Source of the DNA: Scyliorhinus canicula
Taxonomy: Eukaryota
Assembly (NCBI RefSeq): GCF_902713615.1
Contig: NC_052154.1
Span: 15,935,784-15,999,783 of the forward strand
Direction: 5' to 3'
Length of the DNA stretch: 64,000 bases
The position numbers were made by a program, and so were the translations under genes. Below are positions 11,088 to 24,409 of this stretch, one piece after another (position 1 is the stretch's first letter; the number at the start of each line of letters is the position of its first letter). The notes under the pieces were generated by a model. That model was not told the origin of the DNA. It did no database searches and was given only the letters and a program-made list of their open reading frames with translations.

Positions 11088-12572
11088 CAGCGAAAAGAAA
11101 ACACTTCCAACCTTCTCCTTTTATTGTGTACCCGCCAAAGGGTTGGACACACCTCCCTCAACATGGACCAGGAACTGCCCTACTTCCCCCACTCATTGCT
11201 TTCCAGAGGCAGTCATTTTCTTTTTTTAAAAACAAAAACATTTTGATTAGGATTTTTTTGCAGGATCGACTTTTTAAAAAATGAGATCTATTTTTTTAAC
11301 CTACGCACCAGTTCCCCCCCACACCCCTTTTTGTTTTGGCGACACAGGGGGCTTGCTTGTTGGATGTTAACCAGGCGAGTACTAACTACTTCAGATTTGG
11401 GAAGTGCCTGCTCGGAAGAAATGTTAAAAATGTTCTTTAAAAATCACCAGCCAGTGAACAGTCACTAATTATTTTCCAGGTGTCCACACTCCTGTGCATT
11501 AATGAGCAGGTTAGACAGCATGTCGTCTGATTTTTTTTTACTGTAAACCATTGAAATGGTCATTTTTTAATAAATTGTCAACTTTTTTTAGATATAAGAT
11601 TAAAACTCCAGTGGTTAATTTTGTATAATCCACGTTTCTAGTGTGTGTGTGTGTTAATATAAATGAAAATGATTCATGTCTGGTTGAATAATGAGACGGC
11701 AATTGTTGGATATGTGCAGTAAAGGTATCTAATGTCCTGGTGTTCCTACTGTTTTCAGTATTAATAATTTTATTTTTCAGAAGTGGGGAAAAGTACAATT
11801 TGAGCAAATGTGAATTCAGTTTGAAAACTTGTTGCGTTATGGATATGGTAGTAGGGGATATAATTACTGCATAACATGATGTTTGGTGGCGTCGAAACCT
11901 ACCCATAAATGGGCAGAGAATTTTATAGGTTCAATGGAGTGAGATTTCTCTCGGTGACTGGCTCTAATTATCTCTTTCCTTGGTATTTATCATAAGAAAA
12001 AATAAAGTTTGCTTGATTTTTTTTTCTTAATTCTTGGCATATATGAAAAGGCTCTTTTTCATTTCTGCTCTCATCTGTGGATGGATGTGCATACTTTTAA
12101 TTACACTTGCAAGCAGCCAGATTTTGCCAATTACCTTCCTGGGCCGTGGAGAAATAAGCATGCTAACTTTGTTACGTTTCTGTTCCATGAGTGCTGCAAG
12201 TTAAAAGTGCCTAAGTGGTCACTTCTGAGTAAACCTGGATGCTGAGATTTGTCACGCACTTTGAGTTCATCACAGTGGTCCTTGCAGTTGTGTGTACACA
12301 CAATGCACTTTCTGACCTGATAGGATGGTGAGAGTGGCAATAGTAACTATTCTCTCTCTCTTTCCCCCCCCCCCCCCCCCCCCCCCCCCCCCAGATAAGT
12401 ACAAATATTCGCACCCGCACTGGGATGGGGTGAATGACCACAGATCAGACTCGGACTTCAGATTGTAACCTCAGTGGCTCACGACAACACCCAAGCAAGG
12501 CATAGACTTTTCAGTTTGACGTTGAAATCTACAAGTTCACTGGCCCTTGGGTGTTTTAATAGGTTTGCATAT

Positions 12573-12740
12573 AGGGGCTGCTTTAGCACAGGGCTAAATA
12601 GCTGGCTTTTAAAGCAGGCCAGCGGCACAGTTCAATTCCCGTACCAGCTTCCCCGAACAGTTGCTGGAATGTGGCGATTAGGGGCTTTTCACAGTAACTT
12701 TATTTGAAGCCTGCTTGTGACAATAAGTGATTTTCATTTG
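12573..12740 (+). mobile_element. Short tRNA-head SINE with L2-like tail
   Basis: ggggctgctttagcacag...gttcaattcc...ttcacagtaact...ttgtgacaataag; sister copies at 53930 and 54936. Confidence 0.75.
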
Positions 12741-12910
12741 CATAAAGCCATTATGATAATGCATGGTGTATGTGAATTGTTGGAAAGGGAGAAGAGGATC
12801 GATTGAATATCTTTGTAAACATTGGAATTTGCATTTTGCTTTGTCACATAGATGTCATACACTGAAGGATATTTGTCATGTTTTGGGAGAGGGTGAAATA
12901 AGTATGTAGA

Positions 12911-12916
12911 AATAAA
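12911..12916 (+). terminator. Candidate poly(A) signal for MPLKIP (alternative at 12001)
   Basis: AATAAA at the end of an AT/U-rich 3' UTR-like stretch. Confidence 0.35.
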
Positions 12917-13413
12917 AGCATATTTGGATTATACAAACACATGCTCCAGAGCTGCAATGTCGACCACCTGTTAATCGGGATATACAAATAAGGTTAAAGT
13001 TTGAACAAAACCTGTTTAAAGTTTCCTTGTGCTGTATAGCAATATTCCTGTGCTGATCAGTACATCCCCTGATTTGTTTGTCACAGGGTTATCTAAAAAA
13101 ATGATATGGCCATTCTTCCTGTCTTATCTCGCTCATACCACATTCGGGTATCTTTACATTTTCAGAGGGTAAAGGAGCTGTCCTAAAGCACCAACTACAG
13201 CTCTTAGTTGGTTTTTATGCAGTTTGTAGTTTTAAAAAGTGGCTTAAACAGAACAGTAATCTTTCAAATGGAATCTTTATAAGACAATATGCTCTCAAGT
13301 GATACTGTAAGAGTTTTGATGGTGTTTAATCAGAATGGGTCATGTTTGCTTTTCTTGTCGCTTATCTAGTTCCCCTCCATTGCTGTTGAAATTGAACAGG
13401 CAACCATGTAGAA

Positions 13414-13867
13414 CAGGGGTGGGCAAACTACGGCCCGCGGCCCGCCAAAGGCCTTTATGCGGCCCACCAAGATCAAGTCATTAAAAAAATTTTTTTTTTT
13501 TTTAAATATAAGGTTAATTGGGGGGGGGGGGGGGGGGGGGGCTGTTAGGTTACTGGTATAGGGTGGATACGTTGACTTGAGTAGGGTGATCATTACTCGG
13601 CACAACATCGAGGGCCGAAGGACCTGTTCTGTGCTGTACTGTTCTATGTTCTATATGAGGCGCCCAGAATCATAACCGGGTGAAGCGCCATTTTTGAAAA
13701 GTAGAGAAAAAGAGGGCTAAAGGCAGGATGCCGCCGGGGGAAGCGCTGAAGTATATGCCGCACGCTAATTGGTTACAACCGGGACTATTAATTAATATAC
13801 TATGTGGCCCTTTAAAATTGTGAATTTCTGAATGTGGCCCTTGAACGGAAAAGTTTTCCCACCCCTG
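13414..13867. mobile_element. hAT (Charlie-like) MITE
   Basis: 16-bp TIRs CAGGGGTGGGCAAACT (15/16 match); perfect 8-bp TSD ATGTAGAA at 13406-13413 and 13868-13875. Confidence 0.92.
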
Positions 13868-14214
13868 ATGTAGAATGTACGGAGCAACTCCAAGAACAGA
13901 AAAATAAAATGTGTGCGGTCTTTTAATTGTTCTAACAAACAGACAGAGTTCTGATCTATGGCCTGAATAGTTGTTGATCTGAGTGAGCAAATCTAGAAAT
14001 CAATCAAACTTTTAACCGTAACAGAAAAATATATAGTTTTCAATCATAGTAAAATGCCATCTCAATGTTTGATCATTCTAAATCTTTTGTTTTAATGGTG
14101 AATTGTTATATTTGTAAGAAGTATTGTTTGATATATATTTCGACTTTTTCCATTTTTGCAAATATTGCAACAGACCCTCAGAACCAGTACAGTGCAGCGT
14201 AAATGGTACTGCAT

Positions 14215-14351
14215 CAAAGCAAATTACTGCGGCTGCTGGAATCTGAAACCAAAGAGAAAATGCTGGAAAATCTCAGCAGGTCTGGCAGCATCTGTAGGGA
14301 GAGAAAAGAGCTAACGTTTCGAGTCCAGATGACCCTTTGTCAAAGGGTCAT
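14215..14351. mobile_element. Penelope-derived terminal-repeat fragment
   Basis: aaatgctggaaaatctcagcaggtctggcagcatctg family; related copies near 29062, 43865, 49276. Confidence 0.6.
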
Positions 14352-14806
14352 GCATACAGAAAAGGATAGGAGTTAAGCAATCCATTAATCAGTAAACTTG
14401 TTCTTGGTATAAATAGAAGCACCAATGGTGGACAGATAAGCAAGAGAATGGGGAAAAGAGGATAAAGACAATATCATGGTAAAACGCTGCCTGCACATTA
14501 GCGATCACAAAATAAAATATAGCATAAGATTTTTGTACCTGTTCGAGCATGCACCAGAGCATACCTCTCTCACCTCTAATTATAACAGAGGCACCAGTGA
14601 CAAGTTACAATGTAATTTTATTGGATATGAGGCCTGTCTGTATCTCTGCAGGAGCCAGTTATGGATTCTTTAACCCCAAAATAAACATACAGAAGAAAAT
14701 CTGCAAAGACATTAATTCTAAGAGGATACTTCCCAAATAACCACAAGATGCAGTTCATCCCCAAAATCTGGCACAGTACAGTGATCGTTATTTTGCATAC
14801 ATATAG

Positions 14807-15880
14807 TAAGAAGTCTTACAATACCAGGTTAAAGTCCAGCAGGTTTGTTTTGAATCACTAGCTTTCGGAGCGCAGTACCTTCCTCGGGTGAATGAAGAGG
14901 TGGGTTCCAGAAACACATGTATAGACAAAGTCAATGATGCAAGATGACACTTTGAATGCGAGTCTTTGCAGGTAATTAAATCCACAGGTCCAGACAGAGC
15001 AACTGGAGAGAGGGATAATCACAGGTTAAAGAGGTGTGAATTGTCTCAAGCCAGGACAGTTGTTAAGATTTCGCAAGACCAGGCCAAATGGTGGGGGGGG
15101 GGTGAATATAATGTGACATGAATCCACGGTCCCGGTTGAGGCCGTACTCATGTGTGCAGAACTTGGCTATCGATTTTTGCTCTCCGATTCTGTGTTGTGC
15201 ATCCTGAAGGCCGCCTTGGAGAATGCTTACCCAAAGATCAGAGGCTGAATGCCCGTGACTGCTGAAGTGTTCCCCGACTGGAAGGGAACATTCCTGCCTG
15301 GCGGTTTTCGCACAATGTCCATTCATCCGTTGTCGCAGTGTCTGTACGGTCTTGCCAATGTACTACGTCTCAGGCCATCCTTTCCTGCAGCATATGAGGC
15401 AGACAATGTTGGCCCAGTTGCACGAGTATGTACTGTATACCTGGTAAGTGGTGTTCTCACTTGTAATGGTGGTACGCATGTCAATGATTGGTACAACTTG
15501 CAGAGGTTGCCATGGCAAGGTTGTGGTCGCTGTTCTGAAGGCTGGGTAGTTTGCTGCAAACAATGGTCTGTTTGAGGTTGTGCAGTTGTTTGAAGGCAAG
15601 TAATGTGGGTGTGGGAATGGCCTTGGCAAGTTGTTAGACTTCAACACGTCATTGATGAAGACAGCGAAGATGATGTCGTTTTTCCGCTCTAGGGAAGTAC
15701 AGGATGACGAAGGGTTGGTTGTGTTTGTCTTCTGAGGAGGTCGGTGTGTTTTGTTGCTGTGGCGTGTTGGAACTGTCGATCGATTAGTCGAGCGCCATAT
15801 CCCGTTCGTACGAGGGCATCTTTCAGCGTCTGTAGATGTCTGTTACGGTCCTCCTCTTCTGAGCATATCCTGTGTGTACG
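14807..15880 (-). mobile_element. Penelope-like element fragment (RT end, GIY-YIG endonuclease, terminal repeat)
   Basis: NIVCLICCRKG..(Y)IG..LRQRMNGH...VGEHF...GLNRD is a GIY-YIG signature. Confidence 0.88.
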
Positions 15881-16089
15881 GGTTTTGCGTGCAGAGAAGA
15901 CAAGAAAATAGTCATCGTGGTCGGTGACTCCCTCTATACGGAAAATAAAGGTATACCAAAAAGAGCAGGGGATCTCGGGATAATGGCATAACCACATGGC
16001 CCTTTGGTATACACCCTCCTCCATAAGGCCAAACCTAACTCAGCCTCCCAAAAACACCCATGTAATCAAAGGATCTTTCGGGTGCGACA

Positions 16090-16260
16090 TTTTAAACCAA
16101 GGTCTCTTTTTCCTGCTTGGGTGGATGTAAAAGATGCATTACTTTGAAGAAGAACGGGAGGGTTATCCCCAGTGTCCTGGGTGATATTTATCCCCCTCAG
16201 CATCAGATTATCGGGTCACCATCACATTGTTGTTTCCTGTGTGCAAATTGGCAGCACATA
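16090..16260 (+). mobile_element. DeuSINE-like (Deu-domain) fragment
   Basis: taaaccaaggtc...ggtggatgtaaaagat...gaagaa..ggagggttatccccagtgtcctgg; similar copies at 17800, 24410, 52320, 54463. Confidence 0.6.
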
Positions 16261-16496
16261 ATCAATACCTGGATATATTCCTGGATATAGCTTGCAAGCT
16301 CAAGTCCAAGCAGAGCTATATCCCTTCTGGCAAGACGTTCTCAGTCTTTATTGTGTTAACAATATAGTTCAATATCTTTGTTTATTTAAGTCATTCTACA
16401 TCTAATTAATTAGCAAAGTAATTTGAGCTACATATAGAAAACATATTCTGTTTGTTTCTATTGGCAGTCTGTGCAATTTGAATTTGCTTATATCCA

Positions 16497-17095
16497 GGGG
16501 CGAGATTCTCCCCCCCCCCCCCCCCCCCGGCCGGGTCGGAGAATCACAGGGGGCCGGCGTCAATCCTGCCCCCGCCGTGTCCCAAAGTCTCCAGCACCAG
16601 AGATTCGGCGGGGGCGGGAATTATGCCGCGCCTGTCGGTGCGCCCGCCCCCCCCCCCCCCCCCCCCCCGGCGATTCTCTGGCCCGCAATGGGCCGAAGTC
16701 CCGCCGCTGTCATGCCGGTCCCGCCAGCGTGGATCAAACCACCTACCTTACCGGTGGGACCAGGCAGCATGGGCGGGCGCGGGGCGATCTGGGCCCTGGG
16801 GGGTGTCCCCACGGTGGCCTTGCCCACGATCGGGGCCCACCAATCGGTGGGCGTGCCTGTGCCGTGGGGGCACTTTTTTCCTTCAGCTTTCGCCATAGCC
16901 TTCACGATGGCAGAGGCGGAAGTGTCCCCTCCCTTGCGCATACCCGGAGATGATGTCAGCAGCCGCTGACACTCCGCCGCATGCGCGGACTCCGGCCAGC
17001 GAAGTCCCTTCGGCCCCGGCTGGCGTGGCGCCAAAGGCTGTTCTGGCTGGCGGGGCGCCAACCACTCCGGCGCAGGCCTAGCCCCTCAATGTTGG
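16497..17095. repeat. GC-rich palindromic MITE-like repeat
   Basis: ggggcgagattctcc...ggagaatc internal inverted motifs; same style as 39513 and 63518. Confidence 0.55.
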
Positions 17096-17149
17096 AGGCT
17101 TCCATCATACCAACCCTATTGATTAGGACTTGAGTGCAACGATTAGTCA

Positions 17150-17796
17150 ACAGTAGTCAAGAAGGTATACGGCATGCTTGCCTTCATTGGCTGGGGCATT
17201 GAGTATTAAAAGTGGCAAGTCATGTTGCAGCTGTATAGAACTTCAGTATAGCGTTCAATTCTGGTCGCCACACTACCAGAAGGATGTGGAGGCTTTAGAG
17301 AGGCTTTACCAGGATGTTGCCTGGCATGGAGGGCATTAGCTATGAGGAGAGGTTGAATAAACTTGGTTTGTCCTCATTGGAACGAAGGAGGTTGAGGGGG
17401 GACCTGATCGAGGTCTACAAAATTATGAGGGGCATAGACAGAGTGGATAGTCAGAGGCTTTTCCGCAGGATAGAGGGCTCAATTACTAGGGGGCATAGGA
17501 TTAAGTTGCGAGGGCCAAGGTTTAGAGGAGATGTAAGATAAGAGAGGAGGTAAGTTTTTTTTTACACAGAGTAGTGGGTGATTGGAACTCGCTGCCGGAG
17601 GAGGTGGTGGAAGCAGGGACGATAGTGTCGTTTAAGGGGCATCTTGACAAATACATGAATAGGATGGGAATAGAGGGATACAGACCCCGGAAGTATAGAA
17701 GATTTTAGTTTAGATGGGTAGCATGGTCGGCGCAGTCTTGGAGGGCCGAAGGGCCTGTTCCTGTGCTGTACCTTTCTTTGTTCTTTGTTCTATTCT
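17150..17796 (+). mobile_element. CR1 LINE 3' end
   Basis: SYEERLNKLGL..ERRRLRGDLIEVYKIM; (tctttgt)n tail; same subfamily as 33730-36873. Confidence 0.9.
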
Positions 17797-17799
17797 TTG

Positions 17800-18135
17800 C
17801 TGACACCCCAGTGCAGTACTGAGGGTGCTTTTTTTGGATGAGACATTAAACCGAGGCCCCATCTGCTCCCTCAGGTGGATATAAAGGACTATTTCAAGGA
17901 GCAGGGCAGTTATCCCTTGTGTCATAGAGTTTTACAGTACGGAAAGAGCCCCTCAACCCTACCTGGAAAAAATTTCTCCCTCCACCAACATCACTAAAAC
18001 AGAAGGTCTGGTCATTATCACACTGCTGTTTGCTGTGCATAAATTTGCAGCAGCATTTCCAAAGTGACTACGCTTCTAAAATTACTCCATCAGTTGTAAA
18101 GCATTTTGGTCATCAAGCGGGACATATAAATGTAA
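17800..18135 (+). mobile_element. DeuSINE-like fragment
   Basis: gagacattaaaccgaggcccc...ctcaggtggatataaagg...ctggtcattatcacactgctgttt. Confidence 0.65.
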
Positions 18136-18413
18136 GTCACCTGTTTAGGAGGCATTAGAGTTCCGAATGCCTTTGTTACCCCTGCAGTTGATTATTCTGA
18201 TTCAGTCCTTGCCAGTCTTCCATCTCCTACCCTCCACAAACCTGAGATGATTTCAAAACTGCTGAATGTATCTGAAGTCACCACAAGTTCCACTCACCCA
18301 TCTCCCCGTCGCAGGTTCACTGATACCTTTGGCTCATTGTCATCGAGATTTACTGAGCAAAAAGAGATCCTTCAGCCCATCTTGTCACACCTGCTGTCAA
18401 GCACCTATCTGTT

Positions 18414-18628
18414 TTTTATAAATTAGTGTACCCACTTCATTTTTTACAATTAAGGGGCAATTTAACATGGCCAATCCACCTAGCTTGCACATCTTAGGGT
18501 TGTGGGAGCGAAACCCACGCAAACAAGGGGAGAACATGCAAACTCCCCGCGGCAGCGACCAGAATCAAACCTGGGACCTCGATGCCATGAGGCTGCAGGG
18601 CTAACCCACTCTGCCACCGTGCTACCCC
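18414..18628 (-). mobile_element. HE1-like SINE, AT-tailed short form
   Basis: SINE head and core; 14-bp TSD agcacc(t/g)atctgtt at 18400-18413 and 18629-18642. Confidence 0.85.
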
Positions 18629-18639
18629 AGCACCGATCT

Positions 18640-19085
18640 GTTCTAATCTCATTTTCCAGCACTTGATCCATAGCCTTGTATGCTATGGCGTTTTAAGCAT
18701 TTATCTCAATGCTTCTTAAATGTTGTGAGGGTTCCCACCTCTGTCACCATTTCAGGCAGTGAGTTCCTCCAGATTGCCATCACCCCCTGGTGAAAAGGTT
18801 TTCCCTCGCATCCCCTCTCAATCTCCTGCCCTTACCTCAAATCTGTGCCCCTGGGTATTGGCCACTCTACTATGGGAAAAAGTTTGTTTCTATCACCCTG
18901 TCTATGACCCTCAGAATTTTGTGCACATCGATCTTGACCCCCTATCAACCTTCTCTTCTCCAAGGGAAACAACTCAGCCTAGCCATCCACTCTCCGTAGC
19001 TGAAACACTTCAGCCCAAGCAACAACCTGGTGAATTGCCTCTGCACCTGCTCTGGTGCAATCACATCCTTCCTATAGTGTGACTC
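18640..19085 (-). mobile_element. Old CR1 3' fragment
   Basis: Similar to 110-382 and 6420-6767 but more diverged. Confidence 0.7.
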
Positions 19086-20849
19086 CTGTATCAATGATGC
19101 CTCAATTTTAAAATTCTCATCCTTGTTTTCAAATCAGTCCATCTCTTTGCTGCCTCCCTACCTATACTCTCTTTTGGCCCTTCAATCCAGTGAATCTCTG
19201 TGCTCTGCCTGATCTGGGCTTGTGAGCATTCCTGATTTAATCCCTCTCTCATTGGTGGTTGCCCCTTCCGCTACCTGGGCCCAGTGTAAAGCCTTGTCCC
19301 GTAACATGCCTGCAAAGCAACTTGAAGGTATTATAGGTGCTATATAAATGCAAGCTGTTGTCGATCAAGTTGTTAGTTTAATTCTGAACCGAGAGATCCT
19401 ATTGGATGTTAATTTTATCCTGGAGCCATTCTTGTGAATCCTTTCTGTACCCTGTGTAATGCCTTCCCACTCTTCCTAAAGTGTGCCGCCCAGAACAGAC
19501 TGCAGTTCTCCCGTTGAGACCGAGCCAGTGGTTTATGCATGACATCTATTCAAAGGAGAGGTATTCAAAATCATGGGGTCTGGACAGAGTCGGTTCCCAT
19601 TGGTGGATGGATTGAGAATTGGAGGGCAGCGCTTTAAGGTAATTGGGAAAATAAGTAATGTGGGGACACGAGGAAAGATTTTCTTACCGAGTAAGTAGTT
19701 AGGATTTGGACTGTACTGCCTGAGAGTAAAGTGCAGGTGGGTTCAATCAAAGCATTCAAGAGGGAATTAGGTTATCTGAAAAGGAGGGAGGTGCAGGGCT
19801 ATGGATAGAAGGCGGGAGTGTGACTGAAGGTGAATTGTTCCTTCAGAGGGTACAGATGATGGGCCGAATGGCCAATTTCTGTTCTGCAGGCATTCTATTA
19901 CTCTATCCCGGGCACAGAAATGCAGAAAGGTTTTTTTGACGGTCTTCCTTTTAATTATGTTAAAGCCCCAGGTGGAGATTTTATCACCTAGCATACAAGG
20001 TATTTCCATACAGTAAACACACACACCTGATTGTTTCTCCTCAGTTATTGCACAGCTGAGACCAGGAACATGCACTGTGGAGCATCAGGTGCTATTTGAA
20101 CACAGAGCACAGGAAGCTGTGCCCTGCGCCAAATGCCACACTGAATCTAATGACTGTCATAGAGACTTCTCCGAAAAAATGTTTCAACTTTCCTTTGATA
20201 AATTCTTAAACTTCTCAAAGGGATTTGCCACTTTTCTACCAATTGCCAGTATCATGAATCTTGGGTGTAACAATAATGTCAAATTCCTCTATTCTGCTTT
20301 TTAATACCCCTCTGGTGACGTACTGCTGTTGAGCTTTTCCTGTCGGCCGAGTCTCATGGAGTGCTGAGTTGGGCAGAGATGGTCCTAGTTAACCTCTGCT
20401 CATTTTTTTGTTCAAGCAGGTGTTGGCATGGGCAATAAGTTCCCATCCTCAATAAACAGGAGATTCATTTAAATATGGAAAGGGATGTGCCAATGTGATA
20501 AAAGAATGCACAGGATATTAGTGCGTGTAGGATGCTCTGTATAAACAGTGCAGTTCATTCAAAAGTCGTGGTTATAAAATATGCCCACTGTACTGTTACT
20601 GCTACCAATGGTTTTCCCAATCTCTTCAGTAGAGTAAGGTCAATGGTGAGATGCCACTCAGTGAAAGGTGCTCTATGCTCACCCACTGGTCGATTCACAT
20701 TATCAATCAGGTGCATGTATCTCACTTTGTTTGTAATTAGTGTTTATAGAGGTTTCTGTGAGCTGTGACCCAGTGACATCACTAAGTTCTATGGATGTCC
20801 AGTCAACTAATGGGTGTTCATTTCCTCAGCAGCAGAGGAGTGACATTGT

Positions 20850-21160
20850 GGCACAGTGATTAGCACCGCTGCCTCACAGGGTCCGGGTTCAATTCCGGCC
20901 TTGGGTGACTGTGTGGATTTTGCACTTTCTCCCCTTGTCTGTGATGGAATCCTATGGGTGTCCAGTCCAGAGGTGGGCAGGTTAGGTGGATTAACCATGC
21001 TAAATTGCCCCTTATTGTCTAAAGATGTGCAGGTTAGGTGAGGTTACTGGGTTACGGGGATAGGGTGTAGGTGTGGGCTTAAGAAGGGTGCTCTTTCCAA
21101 GGGCTGGTGCAGACTCGATGGGCTGAATGGCTTCCTTCTGCACTGTAGGGATTCTATGGA
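20850..21160 (+). mobile_element. HE1/V-SINE-like SINE
   Basis: ggcacagtgattagcacc...gggttcaattcc head; tail ctgcactgtagggattctatg. Confidence 0.85.
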
Positions 21161-23234
21161 AATCACTTTGATTGCAAAAGGAATGTTTAAAGGTTAAGTG
21201 GGGTTACAGCGACAGGATGGGGGAGTGGACCCATGTAGGGTGCTCTTTCAGAAGGTCGGTGGAGATGGGCCGAATGGCCTCCATCTGCACTGTAGGGATT
21301 CAATGGATTCAAAGTCCTTACAGTTAACAAAAAAGACACTTTTGTTATCCACATGATTTTGACAAAGACCGTTGCAATGAAAGGATAGTGAAATTTAATG
21401 TACATATTTTAGGAGCACAATATTAGTCATAAGGAAGTGAAGAAGAGTAATTTATGGTAGACAAATGGTTCTATCAAATATAGCATTCAAAAATCACCCA
21501 CAGTTACATTTTCCAACAAGAATCAGTAAACAACTATTGGATTGGGAAATGTGCCTACTCCCTTTCCCACCCTCACCCTATCGATAATGATGTCCAATTA
21601 TTAACTTGGTTGAAACTAAACAAACTCAACGTAGCCAAGTTATGAAATACTGTTCTCTGGTTATCAGCAGGTGGTCAATGCAGACAAAATGGGCAAATGG
21701 GCCTCTTTCTACGCTGTCAAATTCTATCCATGACTAGCAGACCAGTCATTAAGGGCTAAACACATATTACAGTAGAGTGTGTTAATCATAAAGTCAGATT
21801 ATGATACAGCACAAAGAACACCATTCCGTCCTCATTGAGCTTATTTAATCAACCCCACTCCCATGTTCTTTCCACAAGCCCTATACTTTAAAATAAATAA
21901 TTCATGGGATGTGGGCATTGCTGTTAAGACTCGCATTTATTCACCATTTTTAGTAGCCCTGGAGCAGGTAATGGTGAGCTGCCTTTCTTGAACCTCTACA
22001 TTCTGTGTAATATTCCCCCTTCAAGTACTTATCCAATTATTTTTTGAATGTTTCTATTGAATCTGCTTCCACCACTTTTTCAGACGTTGCATTCCAAATC
22101 ACAGTGGCTCACTATGTATACATACTTTGAAATCCACATCTCGCCTCTGGTTCCTTTGTCAATCACGTCAAATCTGTCTCTTCTGATTACTGATCCTTCT
22201 GCCTCTAGAAACACTTTCTTTTTTTTATTAATATAAGGATTTTCTTTGCGAGCTGAAGCACAGTCTTCATGATTAACTGTTTTCTAAAATTTAGAGTACT
22301 CAATTATTTTTTTCCCCAATTAGGGGGCAATTTATCTAACCTGCACATCTTTGGGTTGTGGGAGCGAGACCCACGCAGACATGGGGAGTTGGTGATTAAT
22401 ACATTCTGCCACATTTATTGCATTAACGGCACATTGTAGTGCTCAATGGTGTGTGTCTTTTTCCTTTACTCATATATTTGGTTGAAACACTTGGAGCAAC
22501 ATTATTGAAATCTTGTTCATGGTAGTAAAATGAAGATTGCTACTTTATGACTCGTGTTCTTTTGAAAGCCTATGTTCCGAACACCCTAAACACATGGATC
22601 CATCTCTTTGGGATTACCAAATGCTGAACATAATATGCTGGCAGACACTCACACTCTCCTGAGAAGGGCTGCTTGCCCAGTAGCAACTCAACCACATTGT
22701 AAGCAGAAACATCTTGGCTCTCTGCCTCGTGCCAATGGGAGGCTCCAAGATGCGTAATGATGTGGTCCTTTGTACTACATAGCACAAGATCGGTCCAAGA
22801 AATTTGAGGATGTTAATATGCTGTGAAAAACTGATGTGCGTTCATTCAGCGTTGCAGGCTCAATTAATTTGTAGTTTGTTAACACAATTTTTGCGAGACG
22901 TGGTAATTGAATGAGTAAAATGTATACAATTTCTTAAATTAATGAGTGCTGCATGCCCAAGGAGTAAAATATGCTTTAGGACTTTGCCTGAGTGTTGTAA
23001 CTTCCCTTTCAATAATCTAAAGGAGCATTCATCATTCTTGTTCTGTAAAGAACACAATAAGAACACCCAAAGATAAAAGGATATTGTTGAACAGCATTTT
23101 AGGCTGGGAGAACTTTCATGCTGCCAATATCCATGGTGCTTTCTTTCGTGGGATGTGGGTGGCGCTGGCAAGGCTAGCATTTGTTGGCTATGCCTTATTG
23201 CCTTTGAATTGAGGATAAGTCAGGACAGTGGGTG

Positions 23235-23445
23235 ACTTGGGAAAGGAACACCACCACCTGGAAGTTCACCTCCAAGTCACTCACCATCATGACTTGGAAA
23301 TATAGCGCCGTTCCTTCACTGTTGCTGTGTCAGAATCGTGGAACTCCCTCCCTAATAGCACAGTGGGCGTACCTACATCACATGGACTGCAGCGGTTCAA
23401 GAAGGCAGGTCACCACCACCTTCTCAAGCGCAATTAGGAGCAGGC
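23235..23445 (+). mobile_element. LINE (CR1-like) 3' end fragment
   Basis: ggaacaccaccacctg...tggaactccctccct...cggttcaagaaggcag..caccaccaccttctcaag. Confidence 0.6.
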
Positions 23446-23880
23446 AGCTGGTTGAGCTAGCGAAGCCAACAAAGAGTTAAGAGTCAACCACCTTGCAGCG
23501 GGTCTCGAATCAGATGTGGGCCAGACCAGGTAAGGTTGGCAGATTTTCTTCCCTAAAGGACATTAATGAACCAGATGAGTTTTTACAACCAGTGATGATA
23601 GTTTCAGGGTTACCATTACGGAGTCGAGCTGTAATATTTCAAATTTTTATTAATTGAGTTTAAATTCTCTGGATTGCAAGTCCAGTGATATCACCACTAT
23701 GCCACAGCCTCCATATCAATGCAACACGTCAGTGTGTAAACTAAACTGCACCAAAGGATTGTGGGGGAGGGGATCACAAGCCCAATTGGTCTACTGTAGG
23801 GATACATTTCAAAATTGTACATCTTGTTTAGTATGAGCGGCTGGCAATAAAAAAGAAAGACTTACATTTATGCATTTCAC

Positions 23881-24106
23881 TTTTTAAAAATAAATTTAGA
23901 GTACCCAATTCACTTTTTCTAATTATGGGGCAATTTAGTGCGGCCAATCCACCTACCCTGCACATCTTTGGGTTGTGGGAGCGAAACCCACGTAAACACG
24001 GGGAGAATGTGAAAACTCCACATGGATAGTGACCCAGAGCCGGGATCGAACCTGGGACCTCGGCGCCGTGAGGCAGAAGTGCTAACCACTACACCACCGT
24101 GCTGCC
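23881..24106 (-). mobile_element. HE1-like SINE, AT-tailed short form
   Basis: 16-bp TSD catttatgc(a/c)tttcac at 23865-23880 and 24107-24122. Confidence 0.9.
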
Positions 24107-24409
24107 CATTTATGCCTTTCACAACCACAGGACATACCAAAGTACTTTATCATTGTAAGGATGCATGTTGCAGACTTCTTTAGAAACGCAAAGGTATTCA
24201 TGAACAAGAAAACTGTACAGAGGCCAGCAGTACCCTCCCCCACCACCCTGGTCTCGACATGTCTTCGAAAATCTTCTGCCTAAGAGAGGACTCCAGCCCC
24301 CCTGGGGTAGTTACCCACACTCGTCCCAATTGGTCCCTCAAGACAGGTGACCCTCTTCTGTGATGTTGCTCTTAAAGGGGAAATCATCACCAATCAATTC
24401 AGTGTTTTG

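Noticed and set aside
10191-11229. Long overlapping ORFs (285, 240, 187 aa) around MPLKIP
   Set aside because: Shadow frames of a GC-rich CDS; only the 10515 frame has recognisable homology.
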